Of a DNA stretch of 64,000 nt, positions 33,189 through 43,106 are shown in pieces (the stretch's first letter is position 1; every line of letters begins with the position of its first letter). Position numbers and translations under genes: made by a program. A model generated the notes under the pieces. It did not search any database, was not told the origin of the DNA, and saw nothing but the letters and a program-made list of their open reading frames with translations. Source of the DNA: Patescibacteria group bacterium (GTDB taxonomy: Bacteria > Patescibacteriota > JAHJAL01); contig JBMORM010000014.1 in the NCBI GenBank assembly GCA_049322675.1, positions 15,896-79,895 on the forward strand. Direction: 5' to 3'.

Positions 33189-33443
33189 ATGAAAAATAAG
33201 AGTGCCAAAAATAAAGACGTTGCCAAGAAATCAAAGGAAGTGATAGAATTAGAAGGTGTAGTAGATGAGGCACTTTCCAATGGCATGTTTCGTGTCAAAT
33301 TGGAAAATGAACATTTTATTATCGCTGTTATTTCCGGACGGATGAGAATGAATTTCATTCGGATTATGCCCGGCGATAAAGTCAAAGTCGAAATGACTCC
33401 CTACGATCTCAGTAAAGGTCGTATTACATTTAGGTACAAATAA
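33189..33443 (+). CDS. infA: Translation initiation factor IF-1
   Basis: [27 protein letters not shown]. Confidence 0.98.
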   Translation: MKNKSAKNKDVAKKSKEVIELEGVVDEALSNGMFRVKLENEHFIIAVISGRMRMNFIRIMPGDKVKVEMTPYDLSKGRITFRYK

Positions 33444-33459
33444 AATTATAAATCGTCCC

Positions 33460-33591
33460 ATGAAAGTTCAATCTTCAGTCAAACCTCGTTGCAACAAATG
33501 TACAATCATCGTCCGCCGCTCCAAACCGGGCAAGAAAAAAATTGTCCGCGTCATTTGCACCAATCCTCGTCATAAACAACGACAAGGCTAG
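33460..33591 (+). CDS. rpmJ: 50S ribosomal protein L36 (43 aa)
   Basis: Hand translation [43 protein letters not shown]; below the ORF-track size cutoff. Confidence 0.97.
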   Translation: MKVQSSVKPRCNKCTIIVRRSKPGKKKIVRVICTNPRHKQRQG

Positions 33592-33597
33592 CTTTTT

Positions 33598-33689
33598 AAA
33601 TTTCCAATTTCCAATAATCAATTTCCAATAAATTTTCCATTGTCCCAACAAAATATCATTTGGAAATTGAAAATTGAAAATTGAAAATT
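33598..33689. repeat. Family A heptamer hairpin, rpmJ-rpsM junction
   Basis: aatttccaatttccaataatcaatttcc ... ggaaattgaaaattgaaaattgaaaatt. Confidence 0.85.
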
Positions 33690-33709
33690 TATATTTAATT
33701 TTTACGAAC

Positions 33710-34093
33710 ATGGCTCGTATTTCCGGCGTTCAAATCCCAACTGAAAAAAGAGTAGAAATTGCTCTTACGTATATTTATGGCATAGGCTTAACCAGCAGCC
33801 AGAAAATTCTCAAAATTGCCAATATCAGTCCTGACACCAGAGTCAAAGATCTAACCAATGAACAATTGGACAAAATTCGTGAAATAATCGACAAAAATCA
33901 CCTGGTCGAAGGCGTTCTTAGACAAAAAATTTCTACCAATATCAAACGACTCAAAGAAATTGGTTCCTACCGAGGCGATCGACACAACCGTCGCTTACCC
34001 CTACGTGGTCAACGTACTCGCACCAATGCCCGTACTCGCCGCGGTCGCAAAATGACTGTCGCCACTTCCAAAAAAGCCCCGACCAAGACCTAG
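33710..34093 (+). CDS. rpsM: 30S ribosomal protein S13
   Basis: [27 protein letters not shown]. Confidence 0.99.
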   Translation: MARISGVQIPTEKRVEIALTYIYGIGLTSSQKILKIANISPDTRVKDLTNEQLDKIREIIDKNHLVEGVLRQKISTNIKRLKEIGSYRGDRHNRRLPLRGQRTRTNARTRRGRKMTVATSKKAPTKT

Positions 34094-34097
34094 TATA

Positions 34098-34198
34098 AAA
34101 TTTCCAATTTCCAGTTTTCAATTTCCAAATCTATAACCAAATTATCCGTATATCCCCTCAAAGTATGTTTGAAAATTGTGAATTGAAAATTGGAAATT
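34098..34198. repeat. Family A heptamer hairpin, rpsM-rpsK junction
   Basis: aatttccaatttccagttttcaatttcc ... gaaaattgtgaattgaaaattggaaatt. Confidence 0.85.
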
Positions 34199-34231
34199 AC
34201 TCATTATTATTTTTTTAATTATTCCTCACCC

Positions 34232-34651
34232 ATGGCCGACATTAAAGAAAAAAAATCAACCAACGAAAAAGTCTCTTCCAAGAAAAAAAAGAAGAGAAAA
34301 ATATCTGTAATCTCAGGAATAGCTCATATCCAATCAACATTCAACAACACCATTATTACTATTACCGACAAAAAAGGTAATGCCATTTCTTGGGGATCAA
34401 CGGGTTTAGCCGGCTTCAAAGGCACCAAGAAAAGCACACCATACGCCGCCTCAGTTGCCGCCAAAAAAGCTGCTGAAAAGGCCAAACAAGTTGGTTTAAA
34501 AGAAGTCGAAGTTCTTGTCCAAGGTGTTGGTTCTGGTCGCGAATCTTCTATTCGCGCTCTGTATGCCGAAGGTATCGACATTCTTTCTATCAAAGATATT
34601 ACTCCAGTTCCTCACAATGGTTGCCGAGCCCGCAAACCCCGCCGCGTCTAA
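34232..34651 (+). CDS. rpsK: 30S ribosomal protein S11
   Basis: [23 protein letters not shown]. Confidence 0.99.
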   Translation: MADIKEKKSTNEKVSSKKKKKRKISVISGIAHIQSTFNNTIITITDKKGNAISWGSTGLAGFKGTKKSTPYAASVAAKKAAEKAKQVGLKEVEVLVQGVGSGRESSIRALYAEGIDILSIKDITPVPHNGCRARKPRRV

Positions 34652-34704
34652 GTATTTTCCCTTTTTTTTGAAAATTATAAATTATAAATTGAAAATTAAT
34701 TATT

Positions 34705-35331
34705 ATGGCCTACAAATACCCCAACTGTCGTCTCTGTCGTCGCGAAGGTGAAAAACTTTTTCTAAAAGGTGCGCGTTGTCAATCACAAAAATGTGCCTTG
34801 GTCAGAAAAAGCTATGCCCCCGGAGATCATGGTGCCGCCTCAAAAAAAGGCAAACCTTCCTCCTACGCCATCCAATTGCGAGAGAAACAGAAGACCAAAA
34901 GAATTTACGGTTTGCGCGAAGGTCAATTTTTCAAATACTATTCTTTGGCATCCAAGAAAAAAGGTGTTACCGGTTTGGTTTTGCTTCAATTGCTTGAGAC
35001 AAGACTAGACAATATAATTTTCCGTCTCGGTTGGGCTCCTTCTCGCCATACGGCACGTCAAGTTGTTTCGCATGATCATATTCAGGTAAATGGACACACC
35101 GTTAATATTCCTTCATATCAAGTGAAAATTGGCGACAAGATTACTGTCAAAGAGTCGTCAAAAACTAAAAAGTATTTTAAAGAAACTCTTGATCTTGGTG
35201 ATTTTAAACCACCGATTTGGTTAAAGGCCAACTCATCAGCTCTTACCGGTGAAATTATTACTTTACCCAGCAAAGACGATATTGATAGCAATATCAACGA
35301 ACAATTAATTATTGAATTTTATTCTCGTTAA
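34705..35331 (+). CDS. rpsD: 30S ribosomal protein S4
   Basis: CRLCRREG, QLREKQK, ETRLDN. Confidence 0.99.
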   Translation: MAYKYPNCRLCRREGEKLFLKGARCQSQKCALVRKSYAPGDHGAASKKGKPSSYAIQLREKQKTKRIYGLREGQFFKYYSLASKKKGVTGLVLLQLLETRLDNIIFRLGWAPSRHTARQVVSHDHIQVNGHTVNIPSYQVKIGDKITVKESSKTKKYFKETLDLGDFKPPIWLKANSSALTGEIITLPSKDDIDSNINEQLIIEFYSR

Positions 35332-35349
35332 CGTTTTTGGAGGACTAAA

Positions 35350-36273
35350 TTGGACATTATCGTCTTGCCAGAAATTAAATGCATCAAGGAAACTGACAAT
35401 CAGGCGACCTTTGTCGTCGAACCTCTTTATCCTGGATACGGTGTCACTATTGGCAATTCCTTGCGTCGCACTTTGCTTTCTTCGCTTGAAGGAGCGGCTA
35501 TCACTTCGGTTAAAATCGAAGGCGCCACTCACGAATTCTCAACCCTTCCGCACATAAAAGAAGATTTGGTTGAAATAGTATTAAATCTCAAAAAAGTTCG
35601 TCTAAAAATGCATTCCGACGAGCCAATCAAACTCCAACTGTCAGCCAAAAAATCAGGACCAGTCACTGCCGGTATGTTTTCCAAAAACCCCGATGTCGAA
35701 ATCGTAAATCCGGATTTAATATTGGCTAATCTTGACAACAATAAAGGCAAAATGGATATGGAAATCACCGTCGAAAAAGGTCGTGGCTATTTACCTACCG
35801 AACAACGAGAGAATGAAAAAAATCCGATCGGGACAATTGCCATTGATGCACTTTTTAATCCAGTTACCCAAGTTAACTTCAATGTTGAAAACACACGCGT
35901 GGGCGGTCAAACCAATCTGGACAAACTGACAATTGATATTACAACTGACGGCACTGTCAACGCCAAGGATACTTTGGACTACGCCGCCAATATTCTTGTT
36001 TCTCATTTCTCATTGTTTACTTCCGAAGGCATTGCCAAGTCTGCCCAAAAGATAGCAAAAGTTGACAAAGAAGACGTCGCCGAAGATATCGAGTCGATAA
36101 AAGTTGAAGAGATCAATCTTTCCACCCGAACACTCAATGCTTTGTTAAAAAATGATATCAAAACAATTGGCGACGTATTCAAACATTATGAAGATCTCCC
36201 GAGCCTACCCGGACTGGGAGCAAGAGCAATTACAGAAATAAAAGAAGCCATTGCCAGATTACAAGACAACTAA
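35350..36273 (+). CDS. rpoA: RNA polymerase alpha subunit (TTG start)
   Basis: EPLYPGYGVTIGNSLRRTLLSS, LSTRTLNAL; SD ggagga. Confidence 0.98.
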   Translation: MDIIVLPEIKCIKETDNQATFVVEPLYPGYGVTIGNSLRRTLLSSLEGAAITSVKIEGATHEFSTLPHIKEDLVEIVLNLKKVRLKMHSDEPIKLQLSAKKSGPVTAGMFSKNPDVEIVNPDLILANLDNNKGKMDMEITVEKGRGYLPTEQRENEKNPIGTIAIDALFNPVTQVNFNVENTRVGGQTNLDKLTIDITTDGTVNAKDTLDYAANILVSHFSLFTSEGIAKSAQKIAKVDKEDVAEDIESIKVEEINLSTRTLNALLKNDIKTIGDVFKHYEDLPSLPGLGARAITEIKEAIARLQDN

Positions 36274-36306
36274 TTCAATAATATTCAAGTTTTTATCGAT
36301 TCTACC

Positions 36307-36657
36307 ATGCGAAAACTACGTAAAATTAAAAAATTCGGCCGGATCAAAGACAAACGCGAACAAATGATTAAGTCTCTTGCCAATTCCCTTGTCTTTTACG
36401 ACAAAATTGAAACTACCGTCACCAAAGCCAAAGTTCTGAAATCATTTATGGACCGACTTGTCACCAAAGCCAAACAAGGAACACTGCATGATCGCAGACA
36501 AATCATGCGATATTTGGACAATGAAATTGCCGTAAAAAAGTTGATGGAAGTTTATGGTCCCAAATATAAAGATCGCTCCAGTGGCTTTACTCGTCTCACC
36601 AAAACTCGCAATCGAGTAGCCGACAATGCTCCCATGATACTGATAGAATTTATTTAA
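36307..36657 (+). CDS. rplQ: 50S ribosomal protein L17
   Basis: IETTVTKAK, GFTRL, DNAPM. Confidence 0.98.
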   Translation: MRKLRKIKKFGRIKDKREQMIKSLANSLVFYDKIETTVTKAKVLKSFMDRLVTKAKQGTLHDRRQIMRYLDNEIAVKKLMEVYGPKYKDRSSGFTRLTKTRNRVADNAPMILIEFI

Positions 36658-36708
36658 ACTTTTTACAAATCAAAGTACCTGCCACCTATATACCCATAAT
36701 CAAATACA

Positions 36709-37128
36709 ATGAAACTCACAAACTACAAAATCGACCGAAAAGCTCGCACTTGGCATCTTATCGACGCCAAAGACCAAGTACTTGGTCGTTTATCGGTAAA
36801 AGTTGCCCAATTGCTGATGGGTAAACATAAAGCCAATTTTACTCCCATTTTTGATTCTGGCGATAACGTTGTTATTATCAATGCCAAAGACATCAAATTG
36901 ACCGGCGTCAAAGCCGAACAAAAAAAATATCATCATTTCACTGGATACATTGGCAATCTGAAAACAATCACTTTCAAGGAAGTTCAAGCAAAAAAACCGG
37001 AATGGGCCATTTATCACGCTGTTCGCAAAATGCTCCCCAAATCTCTACTGGCCAAAAAAATGCTTAAGAAACTTCGTATTTATCCCGGTGCCGAACATCC
37101 TCATCAAGGAATTCAATTTCAACAATAA
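36709..37128 (+). CDS. rplM: 50S ribosomal protein L13
   Basis: WHLIDA..LGRL, GDNVVIINA, MLPK. Confidence 0.99.
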   Translation: MKLTNYKIDRKARTWHLIDAKDQVLGRLSVKVAQLLMGKHKANFTPIFDSGDNVVIINAKDIKLTGVKAEQKKYHHFTGYIGNLKTITFKEVQAKKPEWAIYHAVRKMLPKSLLAKKMLKKLRIYPGAEHPHQGIQFQQ

Positions 37129-37185
37129 AATCAATTAGACAATCTTTTCATACTTTTCTCATTATTAATTGTTAATTATATTTAG

Positions 37186-37596
37186 ATGTCCAACGAAACC
37201 GAATTCAAAGGTAAATATATACAAACCGTCGGTCGCCGCAAAACGGCTTCCGCCAATATCCGATTGTATCAAGGAACTGGTAAAATTTTAGTCAACGACA
37301 AACCAATTGATAAATATTTTTCTCTAAACAATTGGCAGTCAAATATTTTTAAACCTTTCGAACTAACTGGTACCAACAACAAATTTGATATCTCCATCAA
37401 GATTAGTGGTGGTGGACAATATTCTCAGCTTGGTGCTATTCGTCTCGGTATTGCAAGGGCCTTGGTAGAATATTCTGCCGACAATCGTTCTATTTTGCGT
37501 AAAACAGGATTATTAACACGCGATCCACGTATGAAAGAAAGAAAGAAACCAGGCCTAAAGAGAGCTCGTAAGGCTCCACAGTTCTCCAAACGTTAA
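37186..37596 (+). CDS. rpsI: 30S ribosomal protein S9
   Basis: GRRKTA, LTRDPR..ERKKPG, QFSKR. Confidence 0.99.
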   Translation: MSNETEFKGKYIQTVGRRKTASANIRLYQGTGKILVNDKPIDKYFSLNNWQSNIFKPFELTGTNNKFDISIKISGGGQYSQLGAIRLGIARALVEYSADNRSILRKTGLLTRDPRMKERKKPGLKRARKAPQFSKR

Positions 37597-37604
37597 AAAG
37601 AATC

Positions 37605-37633
37605 ACGAGAGGCCGCAAACCTCTCGTTTTTTT
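37605..37633 (+). terminator. Intrinsic terminator after rpsI
   Basis: acgagagg-ccgcaaa-cctctcgt followed by T-run. Confidence 0.85.
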
Positions 37634-37651
37634 ATCATAAAAAATTAACAT

Positions 37652-37999
37652 ATGAACGATCGGCTCCCCAAAATAAACGACCAAATCCGTGATCTGATGC
37701 AAGAAATTTTTTTAAAAGAATTCGGATCTTCTTTAGGTCTAATATCAATCATGTACGTTAAAACATCGCCAGATTTGCGAAATACTCGAATCTATATCTC
37801 TTCTCTATCAATTCAGACCAAACAAGACAATTCCAGTGAAATTGTTGCTCTGCTCAACCAAAAAGCCTCCAAGTTACGAAAACTTTTGAGTCAAAAGCTA
37901 AAAATCAAATATATTCCGCAATTATCATTTTTTCCTGATCAAACACTTATCAAAGCACAGAGAGTAGAAGAACTCATTAAAAAAATACAATCAAAATAA
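37652..37999 (+). CDS. rbfA: Ribosome-binding factor A
   Basis: VKTSPDLRNTRIYIS, KYIPQLSFFPD..AQRVEELI. Confidence 0.85.
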   Translation: MNDRLPKINDQIRDLMQEIFLKEFGSSLGLISIMYVKTSPDLRNTRIYISSLSIQTKQDNSSEIVALLNQKASKLRKLLSQKLKIKYIPQLSFFPDQTLIKAQRVEELIKKIQSK

Positions 38000-38075
38000 C
38001 CCAATATTTTTGGAAATTCTTGCCAAAAGTATATTTTGATGTTACCATGATGAAAATTCCTAACCAATATTTTTC

Positions 38076-38831
38076 ATGGAAAAAAAGATTGAACTAAGTG
38101 TCATCATACCTGCCTACAATGAAGCCGGTCGCATTACCGAAACGCTTCAGCAAACCTGGCGCTATTTATCCAATCAACCATATTTCAGTGAAATAATCGT
38201 CGTGGACGACGGTTGCACCGATACCACGATTGATGTTGTGCAAGGTCATTTTTACCAAATTCCCAACCTCCGTCTAATTCGTCATCGATACAACCAAGGA
38301 AAAGGTCAAGCGGTAAAAACTGGTGTCAATTCCGCCCGTGGCCGCTGGATACTTTTTATGGATGCCGATCTGGCAACCCCAATTTCAGAATTGGATAAAT
38401 TGTGGTCGCAAAAAAACAATTACGATGTTTTAATTGGTTCCAGGCATCTTCAACCAAAAAGCATAAAAACACCCCAGCCTTGGTATCGTTTTTTATTTGG
38501 TCGCGCCGGCAATTTTTTAATTCGCTCTCTTCTTTTGGCCAATATTTCCGACACTCAATGTGGCTTCAAATTATTCTCACATAAAGCCGCCCACGATCTT
38601 TTTAATCGATTAACAATCAACGGTTTTGGCTTTGATATTGAAATCCTTGTCTTGGCCCAGATTCTTGAATACCAAATTGCCGAAATCTCCGTAGATTGGT
38701 ATGACAAACCACACGGTAGTGTAAACATCTGGAGAGATGGATGGCGAGTTTTCTCCGAAGTATTGCGTATCAAATATCGAATCTCCCAGTCGCTGTGGAA
38801 TAAATCGGGTTATACGCAAAAGATTTTTTAA
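38076..38831 (+). CDS. GT2 glycosyltransferase, dolichyl-phosphate glucosyltransferase-like
   Basis: IIPAYNE, VVDDG, MDADL, DTQCGFKLF, FGFDIEIL. Confidence 0.92.
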   Translation: MEKKIELSVIIPAYNEAGRITETLQQTWRYLSNQPYFSEIIVVDDGCTDTTIDVVQGHFYQIPNLRLIRHRYNQGKGQAVKTGVNSARGRWILFMDADLATPISELDKLWSQKNNYDVLIGSRHLQPKSIKTPQPWYRFLFGRAGNFLIRSLLLANISDTQCGFKLFSHKAAHDLFNRLTINGFGFDIEILVLAQILEYQIAEISVDWYDKPHGSVNIWRDGWRVFSEVLRIKYRISQSLWNKSGYTQKIF

Positions 38832-38834
38832 TTT

Positions 38835-39842
38835 CTATTTTTCTCGTTTGACCAAGTAATCACATATCTCAAAAAATATTTTTCTATAACTATTATCCGG
38901 CATCATCTTTCTGCCGGATATTTTTATTTCCCCTATTATGTCGTCAGCTATACTTTGTAAAACGGTTATTGATCCATATTTATTTATTATCGCCTGCATT
39001 TGTTCAATATCTTTTTCCGATTTTTTAGGATTCTTCAATAAGGCGATAAGAATATGTCGGTCATTTTTTTTCGCTATCTCCAAAGTTTTTACAATCACCG
39101 AAGTCAATTTCCCTTCATAAAGGTCTTGGTCTTTTTTCTTTCCCCATTCATTATTATTGGCAATTATATCCAAAATATCATCACGAATTTGAAAAGCTAG
39201 TCCCATTTTTACCGCTATCAACGACAATTGCTCGACTTTTCTTTGGTTTAAACCGGACAAAATTCCCCCCGTCAATATCGCAAACTTTAGCATCGAACCT
39301 GTCTTGTATTCACTCATTTTTTGGTAGTCGCCCCAAGAAACGTTATATATCTTTCTCTCGGCCCAAAAAATGTCCATCGCCTGTCCCAAATGTAAACGAG
39401 TCATCTCCTCCACTAAATATTTAACCAATTTTTCTTTTTGCTTTTGAGCCAAGTCGGACGAGTATATCATATTTATGGACTGGAAATACCAAAAGTTTCC
39501 GGCATTTAAAGCAATGCCGGTACCATATTTCAAATACGTACACTTTTGTCCCCTTCGCAATTGCGAACGATCTTCAATATCATCGATTATCAGGGTAGCG
39601 TTATGTAATATTTCACTAATAATTGCCAGCTCAGTCAAAAATTTTTTTTCACCAAAAATATCTCCAATCAAGTAAGTCAAAACAGGTCTCAATCTTTTCC
39701 CTCCTTCTTTCGTCAGGTCAAACATTGGATCTTTCAATGCCTCTTTTTCAATGTCGCAGGAAAAACCATGAATATGGCGTTTCTCTATTTTTTTAAGTCC
39801 ATTTTCGATCTCTACTTTTTTTCTAGTCAGGTAGTTTTTCAT
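38835..39842 (-). CDS. Trans-polyprenyl (GGPP-type) diphosphate synthase
   Basis: GGKRLRP, FARM DDIED..RRG, GQAMD, KT, SARM FQIRDDILD. Confidence 0.93.
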   Translation of the reverse strand: MKNYLTRKKVEIENGLKKIEKRHIHGFSCDIEKEALKDPMFDLTKEGGKRLRPVLTYLIGDIFGEKKFLTELAIISEILHNATLIIDDIEDRSQLRRGQKCTYLKYGTGIALNAGNFWYFQSINMIYSSDLAQKQKEKLVKYLVEEMTRLHLGQAMDIFWAERKIYNVSWGDYQKMSEYKTGSMLKFAILTGGILSGLNQRKVEQLSLIAVKMGLAFQIRDDILDIIANNNEWGKKKDQDLYEGKLTSVIVKTLEIAKKNDRHILIALLKNPKKSEKDIEQMQAIINKYGSITVLQSIADDIIGEIKISGRKMMPDNSYRKIFFEICDYLVKREK

Positions 39843-40308
39843 CTGGCCTTTCCTCCAATAGATTTTTTTTATATTTTTGACAAGCCCCTTTCAAAACTTC
39901 TTTTGATACGCCGAAAGCAAAAATTAGCTCCCTTCGGTTCATACAGGTAGTGTCATTATTCATCATATTTTCTCTCGTCCATCGTGACAATTCTCGAGGA
40001 TTTTCTCCTATTCTTTTCAATATTAATTTTATCCTTTCGTTCCAGCTAATTAAGACAACCTTATCGATTTCTTCACGATAAACTTCGTTCAATAATCTGG
40101 GAAGAAATTTATCCAATAATTCTCTTATAAAAGGACAATTTTTTATCAACGGAGGATAATCGATCTTCTGTTCATCTGCAATTTTCTCAAATCCCTCCCA
40201 AAATATGCCAAAATCTCGAATTTTCTCTTCCAAATGAGCAGTTTCTTCCACGACTTGAATCAATTCAATATTCTTAGAATTTGAAGTATCATATTCAACG
40301 TTTCTCAT
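39823..40308 (-). CDS. Hypothetical protein
   Basis: 161-aa ORF overlapping the synthase start, co-oriented. Confidence 0.6.
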   Translation of the reverse strand: MRNVEYDTSNSKNIELIQVVEETAHLEEKIRDFGIFWEGFEKIADEQKIDYPPLIKNCPFIRELLDKFLPRLLNEVYREEIDKVVLISWNERIKLILKRIGENPRELSRWTRENMMNNDTTCMNRRELIFAFGVSKEVLKGACQKYKKNLLEERPDEKLPD

Positions 40309-40332
40309 TTTTTTTATATTAAATAATAAAAT

Positions 40333-41538
40333 TTACAAAAATAAAGAGAAAAAGAAATTGTAAAAAAATACTACCAGGACCAACAAAAAAATTCCTACCC
40401 ACATCAACAGCCATCCAAACCAGAAACCGCTATAAATAGTGTCTGTCCCTCTTGCCTCAATCTCTTTTATATCCTCTTTGCTGGACGCCTGATTAAAATC
40501 ATATCTTCTTTCCTTTTGATTATTTTCAAAATTATTTTTCTTTTCTAAATTTTCAACTGATCTCTCTTGCCAAAATTTATTACTCTCGATCAAAAAATCA
40601 CTTATTTTTGCACGATTATTAGTCTCAGCTATTATCTCCCCTCTCAATATCGATAACTCATTTTTTAGCTCAATTATTTGAGTTCTTAACCAGCTATTTT
40701 CTTCTCTGTATTTTTCGGACATTTTTTCTTTTTCTTCTATCAATCTTACCGCAAATGCGGACATTCCCAAAGTCCTATCAAGATGTCCGGAATATTTGTC
40801 ACTTTGTCCGAAATTATTTTCACGATAAGATACAATTTTATCATTGACGTCAAATAGTTTGTCCACAACACTGTCCGAATTAGTGGATAAACCTGTTTTA
40901 AAATCGGACACGAGACCATCTGTCCTTGCCTGTAAACTATCATGGACAGAAGGTAAAGAAAAATTGGACAGAGCAAAATTTGTATTTTCGGACATTTCCA
41001 CAGTATGATTTGATGAAACCAAAGGCCCAAAATAATCTTTATCTATTTTATTTACGGACATGTTATTTTTGATTCTTTCGGACATATTTTTGTCCAAAAA
41101 ATACTCAACTCCCTCCTCCATTACCGGATTGCCTTTCTCGAATAATACTGTTGGAGAAATATTCACACTTCTAGTCGTATTTTCTTTTTGTTTGGATGTG
41201 TTAAATTTTCGGACATTATCAAATGATTGAACGGACATATTTTCGGACACATTTTTAACAATACTACTTTTATTATCTTGATCGATTTCATTTTTTTTGT
41301 GACTATCAGTATCTTTTAAACTATTTATTTTTCTGCTGGATCTAATAACTTTTCTTTCTCCTTTTCTGTCCGATCCTTCCTCGATATCAACTTTGAAAAT
41401 ATCCAGACTTTCTTCCGTGAGATGATATTTGCCACGAATTATAACATGCTTAACCTTTCCGGATTTGATCCATCTTCTGATCGTTCGTTCATTTTTTCCT
41501 GCCAGTTTTGCCGCTTCTTTTACAGAAATATAAGTCAT
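40333..41538 (-). CDS. HTH (excisionase/MerR-like) + coiled-coil + C-terminal TM protein
   Basis: ISVKEAAKLAGKNERTIRRWIKSG HTH; heptad segment near residues 270-305; hydrophobic C-terminal helix. Confidence 0.85.
   Translation of the reverse strand: MTYISVKEAAKLAGKNERTIRRWIKSGKVKHVIIRGKYHLTEESLDIFKVDIEEGSDRKGERKVIRSSRKINSLKDTDSHKKNEIDQDNKSSIVKNVSENMSVQSFDNVRKFNTSKQKENTTRSVNISPTVLFEKGNPVMEEGVEYFLDKNMSERIKNNMSVNKIDKDYFGPLVSSNHTVEMSENTNFALSNFSLPSVHDSLQARTDGLVSDFKTGLSTNSDSVVDKLFDVNDKIVSYRENNFGQSDKYSGHLDRTLGMSAFAVRLIEEKEKMSEKYREENSWLRTQIIELKNELSILRGEIIAETNNRAKISDFLIESNKFWQERSVENLEKKNNFENNQKERRYDFNQASSKEDIKEIEARGTDTIYSGFWFGWLLMWVGIFLLVLVVFFYNFFFSLFL
40716..41372. repeat. Dispersed CGGACA/TGTCCG cluster inside the HTH gene
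   Basis: 13 exact copies counted, in both orientations, plus GGACA variants. Confidence 0.85.
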
Positions 41539-41709
41539 TTTTTCAATAATACATATTCTCTATATATCCATATTAAAAAAAATACTTTGAAAAACCAATC
41601 ATTATAGGCCATTTGCCATCTTTTTTACCTGATGATAAACTACTGATAGCGAGCACATATCCTTTTGCTCTGCTGAATTAAATGAATATCCACAATTAAA
41701 TTTCAAATT

Positions 41710-42651
41710 ATGTCCAACCAACCATTGCTTTCGATCGTTATCCCTGCCTTAAACGAAGAAGATAACGTTATTCCCCTTTTCCAAGAAGTGACCAAAGTGT
41801 GTCGTGATCACAACTATTCTTTTGAAGTGATCTTTGTTAACGACGGTTCAACTGATCAGACTTTGGGAAGGCTCAAAACTTTAAAACCGATCAAGATCAT
41901 CAACTTCCGAAAACGTAGTGGCCAAACTGCCGCCATGGACGCTGGTATCAAAAATTCCACCGGTAAAATAATCATCACCATGGATGCCGACCGCCAAAAC
42001 GATCCCAATGATATTCCAAAGCTACTAAACAAATTAGCCGAAGGATATGACGTCGTGTCCGGCTGGCGAAAAAATCGCAAAGATCCTTTTTTCAAAAAGT
42101 TCACCTCCAGAGGCGCCAATCTTCTGCGAAAAATATTGGTTGACGACGGTATTCAAGATTCTGGCTGCACTCTCAAAGCCTATAAACGTGAATGCTTTGA
42201 ACAAGTTGATCTGTACGGTGAAATGCACCGATTTATTCCCGCTATCCTCAAATGGCGCGGCTTCAAAATTGGCGAAATCGTCGTCAATCACCGCGCCCGG
42301 ACCGCCGGTCAAACCAAATACAACGTTAGTCGCACGATCAAGGGATTTGTAGATATGATTTCTCTCTGGTTTTGGCGTAAATATTTTAATCGTCCCTTGC
42401 ATCTTTTTGGTGGCATTGGTCTATTGATTATTTTTCTAGGATTCGTTGCCGGTTTCGGTATGATCTACGACCGCTGGATTTTGGGCCACGATCTCTCCAA
42501 TACTGCTTTGACCACATTTTCTGTTTTCTTGATTTTGTTTGGTACTCAACTCTTTGTCTCCGGCCTGATGATTGATTTGCAGATCAAAAATTATCACCGC
42601 ATCGGTCGCGAAAATCCGTATCTGATAAAAGATATTATTGAAAATCAATAA
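41710..42651 (+). CDS. GT2 polyprenol-phosphate glycosyltransferase (ArnC/DPM1-like) with two C-terminal TMs
   Basis: VNDGSTD, MDADRQNDP, YDVVSGWR, GEMHRFIP. Confidence 0.93.
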   Translation: MSNQPLLSIVIPALNEEDNVIPLFQEVTKVCRDHNYSFEVIFVNDGSTDQTLGRLKTLKPIKIINFRKRSGQTAAMDAGIKNSTGKIIITMDADRQNDPNDIPKLLNKLAEGYDVVSGWRKNRKDPFFKKFTSRGANLLRKILVDDGIQDSGCTLKAYKRECFEQVDLYGEMHRFIPAILKWRGFKIGEIVVNHRARTAGQTKYNVSRTIKGFVDMISLWFWRKYFNRPLHLFGGIGLLIIFLGFVAGFGMIYDRWILGHDLSNTALTTFSVFLILFGTQLFVSGLMIDLQIKNYHRIGRENPYLIKDIIENQ

Positions 42652-43106
42652 TCATATTCCGGCTAACAAAAAGAAATTTGAGCGGACAAAAGATTTTGTC
42701 GGCCATGTCCGCAAACCCCAACAACTCCGACTTGAGAAGGATTTTTGACATGTATTCCATTTCTTTCCTCCCTACTGAACGAAATGCACATATTTCAATA
42801 TTTAAGTAGTCAAAAACACGACACTTATAACTTGCGACAAATAAAATTGCCCAACGCTGTCATGACTATCGTTCGACAGGATTATCTCAAACAGTCAAAT
42901 AATTTCAATTTTGGTCACATTTTCCCAGTTAAAAACCAGAGCAAAAAAGTATCTATATCGGAAATTACCAAAATATCTTATCCACTCTTGATGCCAACCA
43001 AGAGTTCCTAAAAAAATAAATGCAAAATTAGTTCGATTTGACAATATTCCTCAAAAATTATTTAATACAAGTCAACTTACTTATTTTTGTAGTAATAATT
43101 GTAAAT

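Noticed and set aside
3803-37702. Numerous short overlapping or antisense ORFs within core genes
   Set aside because: They are frame shadows of conserved genes with no independent signals
42745-43011. 88-aa ORF
   Set aside because: TTG start, no motif, and atypical composition; not supportable
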